This document shows positions 1 through 12,416 of a DNA stretch of 64,000 nucleotides, piece after piece; position 1 is the first letter of the stretch, and every line of letters begins with the position of its first letter. The DNA is taken from the NCBI GenBank assembly GCA_051294375.1, contig CM119270.1, forward strand, positions 133,353-197,352, in the 5' to 3' direction. Position numbers and translations under genes: made by a program. The notes under the pieces are model-generated. The model had not been told where the DNA came from. It did not search any database and was given only the letters and a program-made list of their open reading frames with translations. The DNA is from Paraspadella gotoi (lineage: Eukaryota > Animalia > Chaetognatha).

Positions 1-47
1 TTTCCTCCTTTCCTCCCTCCCTCTCTTCCTCTCCCTCCGACAAACAG

Positions 48-249
48 TCAAAGCCCGCATAACTCCGCCCGACGGAATTCTCCCTTTTCCTCAAAAAGTC
101 GCTTTGGCGGCTTTTGCTGGTTTTTGCGGCGGCATTGTCGGTACGCCGGCCGACATGGTCAACGTGAGAATGCAGAATGACATGAAGTTGTCGGCTGAAG
201 CGAGAAGAAACTATAAGCACGCGGTTGATGGATTGTATAGAGTTTATAG
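48..249 (+). CDS. SLC25A10: Mitochondrial dicarboxylate carrier, internal exon (upstream exons outside window)
   Basis: Pyrimidine tract + cag acceptor (45-47), gtgag donor at 250. Translates KARITPPDGILPFPQKVALAAFAGFCGGIVGTPADMVNVRMQNDMKLSAEARRNYKHAVDGLYRVY, with the carrier signature P-x-D-x-x-x-x-R and the GTPADxVNVRMQND..RRNY motif typical of SLC25A10/Dic. Confidence 0.93.
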
Positions 250-513
250 GTGAGAGAAAAGAGAGGAAGGGGAGAGAAGAGAAGATAAGAGAAGAGAGAA
301 GAAAAGAAAAGAAATGATAATAGAGAAACACTTCGATTGTTTTAAATCAGCTCTCTATCTGTAATGCCATCTCATCTCTATCTCGCCTTCTCTTCCCATC
401 ATCTTTACCTCCATCTGTAATGCCATCCCATTTCTATCTCGCCATCTCCTCCCATCATCTTTTCCTCCATCTGCAATTTCATCTCATTCCATCTGTTCCC
501 CTCTAATTTTAAG

Positions 514-632
514 CGAGGAAGGGATCCGCTCTCTCTTCTCTGGCGTCTCTATGGCTTCATCAAGAGCTGTGATGGTCACCATAGGACAAATTAGCTTTTA
601 TGATCAGTTTAAGCAAATGCTCATCGCTTCAG
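514..632 (+). CDS. SLC25A10: Dicarboxylate carrier exon
   Basis: tttaag acceptor, gtaag donor at 633, phase matches previous exon. SEEGIRSLFSGVSMASSRAVMVTIGQISFYDQFKQMLIAS. Confidence 0.93.
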
Positions 633-970
633 GTAAGAATATCATCGTTATCATTGTCATCATCAACATCATCATCATCATCATCATCGTTATTCTTAAT
701 TTCATAATCATCGTCATCATCATCATCGGTTTTATTACTATCATAATAATCATCATCATCGTCGTCATCATCATCATCTTCATCATGGTTATCATTGTCA
801 CCATCATCATCATCGGTAACATTACTATCATAATCATCATCATCATCATCATCAACATCGTTATCATTGTCATCATCATCATCATCATAGTCATCGTCAT
901 CATGACCCTAACTCCATCCATCCATCCATCCATCCATCCATCCGTNNNNNNNNNNNNNNNNNNNNNNNNN

Positions 971-1420
971 CGCTCTCTCTGGCGTCTCTATGGCATTCAT
1001 CAAAGAGCTGATGAATGTCACCATCAGGACGAAAAATTAAGCTTTTAATGATCCAGTTTAAGCCAAAAATGGACTCATCGCTTCAAGGTTAAGAATATCA
1101 TCTTATCATTGTCATCATCAACATCATCTTCATCATCATCCATCAGTTATTCTTAATTTCATTAATCATACACGTCAATCCATCAATCATCGCGTATTAC
1201 TATCATAATAATTCATCCATCATCTCGTCCATCATCATTCATCTTCATCATTGTTATCATTGTCACCCATCATCATCATACAGAGTAAAATTACCTATCA
1301 AAATCATCATACACTCATCATCATCAACACTCGTTATCATTGCTCTCATCATCAATCATCATAGTCATCGTCATTCAATGACCCTAACTCCAATATCCAT
1401 CCATCCATACCATCCATCCA
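971..1420 (+). other. Indel-ridden duplicate of ~528-945 (exon part + ATC/ATCC intron repeat) right after an N-gap; probable assembly artefact
   Basis: Colinear with 528-945 but with many 1-nt insertions and deletions, frame broken; starts exactly at the gap edge. Confidence 0.8.
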
Positions 1421-1530
1421 TTTCCGTCCGTCCGTCCATCCATCACCATCCAACAATCCATCCATCCCATCCATCCATTCAATCCATCCGCCCTCCATCG
1501 ATCCATCCATCCATCCATCCATTCATCCAT

Positions 1531-1564
<34 letters not shown>

Positions 1565-1961
1565 GTCCATCCGTCCACTCCATCAATCATCAATCCATCC
1601 AAGATAAGGCTCACCTTACCGCCAGAACCTCTTCTCCCCCGGGCCTTCTCTTTCCCCCTCTCACCGCCTTCTCCTTCCCCTCAGTCGAGTCCCCTTTCCT
1701 TCTTTCATCCCCGCAGTCACGGATAGAGCTCTCGGAGATCGGACTCACATAAGTTACGACTTCTCCTCTCCCGGTCTCGGGGTCTGCGAAACCTTCCCTC
1801 TCCCTTTCCTTCCCATTTTATAGATACCCCTTGTTCCCTATTGTCACTATAGTTACATTACTATCACCAATATATTCCCTACCCTACTTACCTCTTTTCC
1901 GTCCGTCCATCCATCCATCCATCCGTCCATCCCTCCATCCATCCCTTTCTCCCTCCCTCAG

Positions 1962-2162
1962 GTCATTTCAGAGATAATCAAGTGACCCACTTCGTAGCGT
2001 CCCTCTCCGCCGGGACAGTTGCCACTCTCCTATCCCAACCGATAGATGTCTTCAAGACTCGACTCATGAACGCCAAATCCGGAGAATTTAGTTCCTTCAA
2101 GTCAATGGTCATTTATACTTGGGAGACCGGGCCCAGAGGTTTCTTCAAAGGCTTCGTGCCAG
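1962..2162 (+). CDS. SLC25A10: Dicarboxylate carrier exon
   Basis: cag acceptor (1959-1961), gtagg donor at 2163. GHFRDNQVTHFVASLSAGTVATLLSQPIDVFKTRLMNAKSGEFSSFKSMVIYTWETGPRGFFKGFVP; third carrier signature QPIDVFKTR. Confidence 0.95.
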
Positions 2163-2501
2163 GTAGGGGGCTGCTTTTTGGGAAGGAGGGGTTGAATAGG
2201 AATTTAGTGATGGATAGATAGGGTTAGAGATGGATTGATAGGGTTAGAGATGGATAGAGAAAAAAACTTAGAAAAATAGAAAAAAATAATAATAAAGGAA
2301 AAAAAACAAAGATTCTTATGTAACCTGGACTCGCTGATTTTTATTATTTTTCCCCGGAACTAATTAATCCTTTTTTGTTTTCCATTTAAAAATCCGTATT
2401 TCACCAGTTCTAAAATATTTTAGGTAGTATCCTCGTATGTAACTCAACTTCATTCATTTCAGCCTTAATCCCCGTATGTAACTCAACTTCATTAATTTCA
2501 G

Positions 2502-2590
2502 CTTGGATTCGTCTCGGGCCACAAACGATCATAACTTTTCTTCTCTTTGAACAACTTCGTTTGAATTTTGGAAAAATCGTCCCAGCGTAA
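2502..2590 (+). CDS. SLC25A10: Dicarboxylate carrier, last coding exon
   Basis: tttcag acceptor, phase 1. AWIRLGPQTIITFLLFEQLRLNFGKIVPA*, matching the SLC25A10 C-terminal helix. Confidence 0.92.
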
Positions 2591-2596
2591 GTCAAA

Positions 2597-2980
2597 GGCG
2601 AAGAAGATCTGCGGCGAAGATGATCTACGGCGAAGATGATCTACGGCGAAGATGATCTATGTTGAAGCTGATCTGCGGCGAAGATGATCTACGGCAAAGA
2701 TGATCTGCGGCAAAGATGATCTATGGCGAAGATGATCTACGGCGAAAATGATCTATGTTGAAGCTGATCTGCGGCGAAGATGATCTACGGCGAAGATGAT
2801 CTACGGCGAAGATGATCTGCGGCGAAGATGATCTACGGCGAAGATGATCTACAGCGAAGATGATCTATGGCGAAGATGATCTATGTTGAAGCTGATCTGC
2901 GGCAAAGATGATCTACAGCGAAGATGATCTACGGCGAATATGATCTAGGGCGAACCTGTGCAGAGCGAATCTACGGCAAA
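2597..2980. repeat. 16-bp minisatellite (ggcgaagatgatctac)n, about 22 copies, starting just after the stop codon
   Basis: Direct reading; variant units such as tgttgaagctgatctg recur. Confidence 0.95.
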
Positions 2981-3136
2981 ATAACTTTTGTTAAAGATTC
3001 AAGCTTTTCTATTTTAATTTATATTTACTAATATAAAATCATTGTATCATATTTTCATTAAATTGTTTCCCTTTTTTCGCTTTTGATTAAAACTCTTTTA
3101 ATTTTTTTCCCGTTGCGACCAGAAGATCACAAATTA

Positions 3137-3280
3137 CGAATCACGAATCAAGAATCACGAATCAAGAATCACGAATCAAGAATCACGAATCAAGAATCAA
3201 GAATCAAGAATCAAGAATCACGAATCACGAATCAAGAATCAAGAATCAAGAATCAAGAATCACGAATCATGAATCACGAA
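3137..3280. repeat. 7-bp tandem repeat (gaatcac/gaatcaa)n
   Basis: Direct reading. Confidence 0.95.
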
Positions 3281-4003
3281 GCGACCCTTAAATTCACTTT
3301 TTGGTCCGATCGTCTCTCTTAATATTTCAAATTTATATAAAACCGTATCAATTAAGATAATATAATAAAAAAAACTTGTTAAGAAACAAGTTTGAGCAAA
3401 CCATACCACGATCATAAGCGGTAATTAAAGATTAATTAATTATTAACTAATTAATTAATTATTAAAATATTTAAATTATTAATTAGATCCGGCATTGTTT
3501 GCTGAAACTTGTTTGTTTTTGGGTCTTTTCAATCCTGACCAGTGACCAGTGACCAGTGACCAGTGACCACGACAAAAGCAACGACGACGATGATGGCGAG
3601 GACGACGACGATAACACCGACGATGATAGTTGATTGATTGATTGATCAAATTAATTATTAATTAATTGATAAAGAAATATAAGAAACTATGAATTATAAA
3701 TAAAAATATATTCCATATTAAATATTTCAATCAAAAAGTAGTGTAGCTCAAGTTTATATTATTTTATTTAGTATTTAAGTTTCAGCCTCAACATGCTTAA
3801 TTATTTTATCGCTCAAAGTCAAAAAAGCTTTTTTATATTAATATCATCGCAGAAAATGATATTATTAAAGATTAAAAATTCAAATCCCCTAAAAAGCGTA
3901 TGTATATTTCCTGGTTCTTAAAATTCTATTTTACTTTTTTTTTGGAGAAAATAAAAGAGAGAGAAAAAAAATTTGGTGAAATGCAAATTAGTGCGAGTGT
4001 GAA

Positions 4004-4036
<33 letters not shown>

Positions 4037-4298
4037 CTTCGCGTGGTTGATTCTACGAATGAAATTAATTTGCAATTCCTTCGGATTTTTTTCTTGGCGA
4101 ATTTTCTCTTTCATTTGAATCTTGAGCTTTTTATTTCTTTCATACTCTCGCGGGTGACAAAGAGAAAGAACTGACTTTGCATTCCAAGTGAAAAAACAGG
4201 GTGATTCCAGCAAGTGGTCTATTAAGCTGTGGTCTCTCACTACTACGTTATTAGTTAACTGTGATTCTTAAGGTTATTACCTATTAGTTATTAGTTAT

Positions 4299-5272
4299 TA
4301 GGGCGTTGAAAAATAACGAAATATAACAAATCAAGTGAGGTACATAGCTATTTTAGTGTAATAAAGTTTGTAGAATTCGATGATGAAAACCATTTTTTTG
4401 TATAGTCTCATCTTCTTTGTCGGAAATGGCGATTTTTGCAGCATATAAGTTACTATTATAATTGAGTATAAGAAACTCAAATTATTAAGATTTTATAAAA
4501 TCCATATTTAACTTACATAATATAAAAATAAAGACCCATATAAATATTTTGGTAGGTTTATTTACAAATTTTATATTTTATTAATAGTTTGTTAGCTATA
4601 TTTATTAATAAATAATAATAAAAAATAAGCTAAAGTGAAAAAATTAAAATTTTAAAATTTTAAAACCGGATTTGAATTCCTTACAAAAAGTTGATATAAG
4701 AAAGTATAATCCATTTTAAAAAATTCTTTTATTAAGTAGGTTAAAAATATTTAAAAAGTTTTATTTTTGTTTAATTTTTTAATTTTTGGCTTAAAATTAT
4801 AGTTTTTCTAAATTTTGACGAACTTAATGACATAATTTTAATATAAAAATTATATTTTCTTACTTCAACTTTTTGCAAGGAATGCAAATCCATGAAAAAA
4901 ATTTTGAAATTATTATTTTTTAACTTTAACCTAATTTTTACTCATAATTATTAATAAATATAGTTAACTAACTTTTTATAAAACATAAAATTTAGAAATA
5001 AACTTACCAAAATATTTTTATAAGTCTTTATTTTTATATTTCAAAAGCTCATATAAATTTTATAAAATTTTAATAATTTGATTTATCATAACTTATAATG
5101 GTTTTGCTATTTTATAACAATTTTATATACACTAAAAACCGTCATTTCCAACAAGAAAGATAAAATTATACAAAAAAATGGTTATCACCATCAAATTCTA
5201 CAGACTACATTACACTAAAATAGCTATGTACCTCACTTGATTTGTTATATTTTGTTATTTTTCAACGCTCTA
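4299..5272. mobile_element. Foldback MITE with ~400-bp inverted arms, hAT-like
   Basis: Left end tagggcgttgaaaaataacgaaatataacaaatcaagtgaggtacatagctattttagtgtaat is the near-exact reverse complement of the right end ...ttcaacgctcta. Inverted identity continues inward to about 4710/4850. 8-bp flanking repeat ttagttat at 4291-4298 and 5273-5280; TAGGG ends with an 8-bp TSD fit hAT. Confidence 0.85.
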
Positions 5273-5329
5273 TTAGTTATTAGTGGACTGTGATTCACGT
5301 GGTTTATATTAATTTATGATCGGGGAAAA

Positions 5330-6105
5330 GACGGAAAGGAGGGGGGAGGGAGGGGGGAGGGAGAAAGAGAGGGAGAGAGCAAGAGAGGGAGAATAGAGGG
5401 AGAAAGGGAGAAAGGGAGAAGAGAGGGAGAAAGAGAGGAAGCGAAGGAGAAAGGGAGAAGAGAGGGATGAAAGAGAGGAAGAGAGAGAGAAAGGGAGATG
5501 AGAGGGAGAGAGGGAGAAAAAGAGGAAGCGAGGAAGAAATAGAAAAGAGAGGGAAAAAGAGAGGAAGAGAGAGAGAAAGGGAGATGAGAGGGAGAGAGAG
5601 AGAAAGAGAGGAAGCGAGAAAGAAAGGGAGATGAAAGGGAGGAGAGAGGGAGAAAGAGAGGAAGAGAAGGAAAAACAGAGAAAAGAGGGATGAAAGAGAG
5701 GAAGCGAGAGAGAAAGGAAGATGAGAGGGAGAGGGGGAGAAATAAAGGAAGAAAGGGAGAAATGGAGGAAGCAAAAGTCAAAGCGAAAAGACTTACGAAA
5801 GTAAGGAATTTAAACAGAGAGAAGTGGGCGATTTTGACCTTGACTGACTGAGTGAATAACATATTTGATTGGATGATTTTACTGACTGACAGACCAAGTG
5901 ACTGACTGACTGAATCTACTGATAGATTGACAAAAAGACTGACAGACTGTCTTAATGGACTGTATCATTGGACAGGCTTACTCACTGACACGACTCACTG
6001 ATTACCAAATTGACTGACTGATTGATTTACTGATGGACTGATGGTTTGACTAACTGGACAGATTGACATACTGACTGACTGACTGACTGACTGATTGACT
6101 AAAAA
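5330..6105. repeat. Purine-rich low-complexity tract followed by degenerate (GACT)n
   Basis: Direct reading; explains ORFs 5304..5774 and 5314..5862. Confidence 0.85.
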
Positions 6106-6384
6106 GAGAATTCCTGACTTTTGTCGTCTCAGTTTTTCCGTGGGCGAAATATGATTAGTGTATTCATTAACTCTGTCTCGCTATAATTCTTACTCTATCT
6201 TTTCGTTGACTCTGTCTCGCTCTGACTTTCTCTCTTTCAATCTCTATCGCTCTAGCCAATTGCAACTGAGTTTGAGCAAAGAGAAAAAAAGAAAAAAAAA
6301 GAAAAAAAAGAAAAAAAAGAAAAAAAGAAAAAAAGAAAAAAAAAGAAAATTGGGGGAGGAAAAGAGGAAATGAGAAGTTTTGTG

Positions 6385-6431
<47 letters not shown>

Positions 6432-6774
6432 GAGTGAGAGAATGGAAAACGTGCGTTGAGAATAGTATTGGCTCATAGATTTATCTCTTTGGTTTCCTTT
6501 TCTTTTCTGGCCTCAAGACATTATTGAACCTAAGCCCCCAGAAAATTAAATGTTTATGTTAAAAATGCTTATTATCTCCTATAATACAACCTTTGAATTC
6601 TCAGCAAATGAACAAATCAAACCTGACTGCAACAAAAACGATTATTCATTCTGACTACAAGAAAAACAAGTCTTGCAATGGACTGCAACCGCTACCTTCC
6701 CTTCGTCCATTTGTGTCGCGCATCGTTTGTTTTAGGATTCATGGAAACTTCCTTGCGATTAATGTGACGGCTTC

Positions 6775-6833
<59 letters not shown>

Positions 6834-6965
6834 AATTGTATATCTTGGCTCGATTCCATTTTGGCGACGAAATCTTCTCTTCTCTTTTTATTTCTTTCGC
6901 TTCGCGATTTTTACGCCAAAACCGATTTTGGTTCCAAGGTTGTTACCGTTGTCGTTGTTGTTGTA

Positions 6966-7022
<57 letters not shown>

Positions 7023-7833
7023 TCTTTAATAGTCTCTACGGTCGTAATAGTCCGAATGAAATCACACCTTAAATGGTTTGTTTTTCTTAATTCAGTTTAG
7101 GATAGCTAAACCTTTTAAGAATCTTCAATATCGTCGTCGTTGTTGTCGTCGTCATCGTCATCGTCATCATCATCGGCGTCGTCGTCGTCGTCGTAGTCGT
7201 CGTCGTCGTAGTCGTCGTCGTCGTCATTATCATCGTCGTCGTCGTTTTCGGTTTGTATTCGTAGTAAACTCTTGGTTCATTCATTACGATTTCTGCTCCA
7301 TTTGTTTAACGTAAACGTAACGAGTTTTGACGACGAAAAAGGGAGGAAAAAAAATAGTAACTTGGCTTAATATTATCGAGAGACTTTTTCTAAAAATGAA
7401 AAAAAGGATATTATACCACTTAGTTGATTAGGAAGCAAATAAATTGTTATTGTTAAGTTATTATCTTATAAGAAGTAACGATGCCTTGCCCCGTACTAAC
7501 CCATACAATGAGTTGAATCCATTTTAATGGATTATTGAGACGAGACGCAATATCTTAACGGATTTTAAATAATACAAAAAAGCGTTAACATTTTGTTTTT
7601 CTTCATTTTAAATTAAGATGAGTTTTAGTTTTTCTTTCTTTACTTCATTAATTTTAAGTTTAAATATTGACATTTTTTTTTATTTCTTTTTAGCCGGATC
7701 TGCTTACAGCAGATCTGGGCTCTTTAATTTAATAAACATTAATTAATTAATGACTATAAATTAATTAACTTGGAAATTGGGATTAATTACCCTAAGGACC
7801 AGCAATCTCTCTCTCTCTCTCTCTCTCTTCTCT

Positions 7834-7873
<40 letters not shown>

Positions 7874-8356
7874 CTCTCTCTGGTCTCTCTTTTTTCAATC
7901 TTTTTTTGTATTAAAATAAAAAAAATATTTAGATAAAAAAAATATTTAGAGATCGAATTTTTTGCTCACAATCGAGAGATAAGGAGCGAAGACGAAGACG
8001 ACGACGACGACGACGACGACGATAACGACGACGACGACAACAACAACACGACGAAGCAAGTTCTTTCCTTTCTTTATTTTTTTTATTTAGTATAGTAAAA
8101 TGATGTTATAAATGACTGGTTTATGAAAACAAAGGCTTTATCTGCCGGACAAACGAGAGGCTGTCGAGACAATCTTTTGAACATCAACAAAAAAAGACAA
8201 CGACGACGACGACGACGACTACGACGATGACGACGACTACGAGAAAGACGACGACGACGACGACGACTTATGGAGTTTGGGAGAAACCCTTGACTTTTTC
8301 GTTTAAGGTCAAGGAAGGAGCAACCGATCCGATGGCGGGGAGAATGATGATGATGG

Positions 8357-8393
<37 letters not shown>

Positions 8394-8534
8394 GATGATG
8401 ATGATAATGTTGACGATGATGTTGATGATGTTGATGATGACGATGATGATGATGAAGATGAAGATGATGATGATTATGATGATGATGATAATGATGTTGT
8501 TGATAATGATGATGATGANNNNNNNNNNNNNNNN

Positions 8535-8569
<35 letters not shown>

Positions 8570-8881
8570 AGTAAAAGAAAGGAAAAAAGCAAAAACAAAA
8601 ATCAATGAAAAGTGAATCGACGAAAAAAGTAGGTCAGACATTGACGATGCATATCGATCGAAGAGCAACGATAAAGAATCATCGAGTAAGAGTGATGGAG
8701 ACCTTAAACCAGCAAAGCCTGTCCAAAGTCAGGGGCAAGATAGTTTATTTATTGAATGAATGGATGATTTTGATATTGGTTGTACTGTAGCGAGCGAGTG
8801 AGCCACTTATTAGATGATGAACTGTATCTCTAGATATTAAAATATTAAACTCTTTAACAAAATAACAAATAAATCTAATAT

Positions 8882-9121
8882 GGCAACGGGAGGATTGCCT
8901 GTGATACCCGGGGCGCGGGGTATCTCACCAACTGGCGTAGGGGCTGCGGACCCTCAGTGACAGCCTCCTGTCACTGGCACCGTCACATTTAAGCCAGAAC
9001 CGGGATAGCCAGGGATTGAACCCGGGACGCACGGATGGAATGAGATGATTTAGCCTGCTCAGCCATTGAGACGAGGCTGAGGACGGACAGCAGTGAGGCA
9101 GCTTTAAGTCTTGCTGCCACA
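8882..9121 (-). mobile_element. Structured SINE-like element, family A (tRNA-related)
   Basis: GC-rich island in AT-rich DNA, flanked by ctaatat direct repeats (8875-8881, 9122-9128). Minus strand has A-box-like tggctgagcagg and B-box gggttcaatccc. Several hairpins. The 3' half is homologous to 40637-40770. Confidence 0.7.
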
Positions 9122-9439
9122 CTAATATAGATAAAATACTCGCGATCTCGGGACTCCTCGACTACAAATAGGCGTTGATTGGTAAACGCCACACCTGTAT
9201 AAGTGAACAAATGAACAGGGCAACTATTCACTGATAGATTGCACCAGTTATCTCAACATATATTTTATTATTGTTATTCCTTTTATTTTGTCTTCTCTTC
9301 AGTGGATTGTAGCTGCTTGGTGGCAAAAGCAACTGAATATCTATATGCTTTGATTATTTTATTAAGGTCTGCTTTTATAATTACCCAAGAAAATTGGTTA
9401 GAGACGTTTTATTAATAAACAATTAAATTAACTGATTGT

Positions 9440-9930
9440 GCCACGTCACGGACGTCAGCGTCAACGTCTCCCGTTTCCAGTCAACGCCATCCTATCAGCT
9501 GACGCTCGTGGCGCCCGCCACAGTATCTATTTCAATGAGCAAAAAGCGATCGAGTCAAATTATTTGTCAAAATGGCCAACCTGCAAGAATTGAGCGCGTG
9601 ACTCAATCTAATGTCTTTTAATCAGCGCCATGTCTATGACGCAGTCAGCCAATGAGATGCAATGCAATGCAATGACTTCATTCTCTCACCAAAGACGACT
9701 CACGTAACCATCTTAGCTTTGCTGAATGTTACAGACTCTAACATCTATGAATTGATTAAAAAAAATTTTTTGAAATAAAATTGTTCCAGTTAAAATTCTC
9801 TTTTAATATTTAAAGTGATGTTTTTCATACGTTTCTTAGTTGCGAAACTTTTTACATTTTTTGGAAATAATGAGCAGTACACACAATGACAGTGCACGCA
9901 ATGACAGTGCACGCAATGACAGTGCACGCA
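9440..9930. promoter_or_regulatory. Candidate enhancer/promoter: dense bZIP half-sites, AP-1, CCAAT and three tandem MRE-like motifs
   Basis: gccacgtca (UPRE-like), gacgtca, gcgtca, tgacgc, tgactca (~9599), agccaatga (~9647), and tgcacgc at 9893, 9908, 9923 in a 15-bp repeat. Motif matches only. Confidence 0.3.
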
Positions 9931-10707
9931 ATGCGGTGCAACAACTTCAACCAAAATCCTTTCTTGGTATACCGGTAGAAAAAAAATGACTTCATGAAAT
10001 TTGTAAAAGAAAATGAGCAACCTAATTATTTTGAATTCTCGGACAGTTGTTAACTTAATTTCAAAAACATCTTTTTCTCTCAAAACAAAAAAGATTCTCG
10101 AACTTTTTTGTCGAGTTTTTGATAAAAGGAAAAGAAAATATGAATAAATGAATCTTAATTTTTTAGAGATGTTTCGTTTTCATTTGACCGACGTCAATTT
10201 AAAATGTTTTTTTTCATGGGACAATAGGCTTTTTATAAATTTAACAGTAGTGGGTTGACCTGTACAATTTTTTTCCCAACCGTAGTGTAAGGATTGAGAA
10301 AATTCTGGACGAAAATTATGATGCAAATTTCTATTTGATTTTGAGTTTTTCTATTTTTAAATTTTTATTTTTCCATCTCTGATCTTCGTTTTTTCATTTT
10401 ATCTTTTAATTAGCGGCTTTTTTTTTAAGTTTTAGTTGACAAAACAGACGAAAAAACAGTTGACAAAACAGACAACCACATCTCTTCATTTCTTATTTCT
10501 TTTATCTTCACTTTTCCATTCTTTTTTGTTTTTTTCTTTTCTTTACTTTTCTTTTCTTTTCTTTTCTTTTCTTTTCTTTTCTTTTCTTTTCTTTTCTTTT
10601 CTTTTCTTTTCTTTTCTTTTCTATTCTATTCCATTCCACTTTATTTTCCAATCCATTTATTTGCTCAAATTTAAACTCTTTAACTTTCTCCCCTCAGTTA
10701 GAGATCG

Positions 10708-10960
10708 AGGTTCGAGTCCCATACAGATCTGGGTTCGAGTCTCATCCAGATCTGGGTTCGAGTCCCTTTCAGATCTGGGTTCGAGTTCCATCCAGATCTG
10801 GGTTCAAGTCCCATCCAGATCGGGGTTTTAATCCCATCCAGCTTTGGGTTCGAGTCCCATCCAGATCTGGGTTCGAGTTCCATCCAGATCTGGGTTTAAA
10901 TCCCATCTAGATCTTGCTTCGAGTCCCATCCAGAACTGGGTTCGAGTCCTATCCTATCTT
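10708..10960 (+). repeat. 23-bp minisatellite (gggttcgagtcccatccagatct) x11; consensus unit contains a Pol III B-box
   Basis: Direct reading. GGTTCGAGTCC fits the tRNA T-loop / B-box consensus GGTTCGANNCC. Also present in the duplicate at ~17200-17465. Confidence 0.9.
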
Positions 10961-11367
10961 AGGGTTTCTTATCTAAAGAGCAACTTTAACTCGGCACAAA
11001 CTCACGCACGATTTTCATCCTCGTTTTCGATCCCGTCAGACTTTTGAAGCGTCGTCGTCGTCGTCGTCTTCGTCGTCGTCTTCGTCGTCGTCGTCGTCTT
11101 CTTCAGTCATCATTGACATCTTTCATTATCATCGTCATCGTTCAAATCAATTGTTTAGTTATTTGAATATTTCCAAGGTCCAAAACTTCAATGTCATCAT
11201 GTCATGTCATGTCATCAACATTTGTCATAGAGTTTTCCTTCTCATCGTCTTTGTCGTTATCATCGATATTTCGGTCATGTCATTGTGGTCGTCGTCGTCT
11301 TCATCGTCGTCGTCGTCGTCGTCGTCGTCGTCCTCTCTCTTCCATCGCGTTATCGCCGGCGCCATTC

Positions 11368-11402
<35 letters not shown>

Positions 11403-11557
11403 ATCGTCGACGTTCACGTCGTCGTTGCTAAGAGACGGACGCGCAAATCCGCGCGAGATTTTGAAGCAGAATTTTTTTGTATTTTTTTTCTTTTGTGGCT
11501 GAAAAAAGAAAAAGAAACTTTTTTAATATTTTTTTTGTTTAATTTTTACTCTTACTC

Positions 11558-11603
<46 letters not shown>

Positions 11604-12328
11604 CTCCCTCTCTCCCTCTCTCTCTCTCGTTGTCCTAAAACAACGATTAAATTAGCATTTTTGCGTCAACGCGGAAAATCATTTACATGGAAATCCTATA
11701 TCTTCTGTACAAATCGCCGTGGCGTCTGCTTTTGATTACCCTGTACGGATTTATTGTAAACTTACTAGTACAAACAACCAACGGTTTTGTGCTTATTTTC
11801 TCTCGAATAATTTTTTAAACAATTTTTTGTCTTGTTGTCATCTTTGTTGTTGTCATCTTCACTTTGTTTTCTTTGTTGTTGTTTATGGTTGTCATCTTTG
11901 CCGTTGTCACTTTTGCCGTTGTCATCTTTGATGTTGTCATCTTCATTGTTTAAAACAATCAGGCGCCAATCAAATTAAAACAATCGTTTATTATGCGTCA
12001 TCATAATTAAACCAATCAAGGAACAATCAAGCAACTATCCACCAAATGTAACCAAATGTAACAAATAGAGCGGAAACGAAATACATCGGGCGATTAATTT
12101 AAGATTTAAATGTCGAAATCTTTTTGACGAGAAGCTTAACTATCGAAGGAATAAAGCATGAGTAAAGCAGGAATAAAGCAAAGTTTAAATCTCGAAGGAA
12201 TAAAGCATGAGTGTCACCATTTGCTGGAACAGGGAAAAGAGAATGCATGGAAATGAAACATTTTTATCCTTGATGCTTTATTCGCTTTCAGCCTCATTAT
12301 CGGTTATTATTAGTAATTATTATTATTA

Positions 12329-12416
<88 letters not shown>

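Noticed and set aside
2597-2980. CRISPR-like appearance of this and other arrays (10.7, 22.8, 24.5, 51 kb)
   Set aside because: Units are head-to-tail with no unique spacers, no cas genes, and the context is eukaryotic.
8955-8990. HDV-ribozyme-like string cagcctcctgtcactggcaccg
   Set aside because: It forms a simple hairpin; no P1/P1.1/P2 double pseudoknot could be built.
8995-9075. Functional tRNA gene
   Set aside because: A- and B-box-like motifs are present but there is no proper anticodon or acceptor stem; better explained as a SINE-like head.
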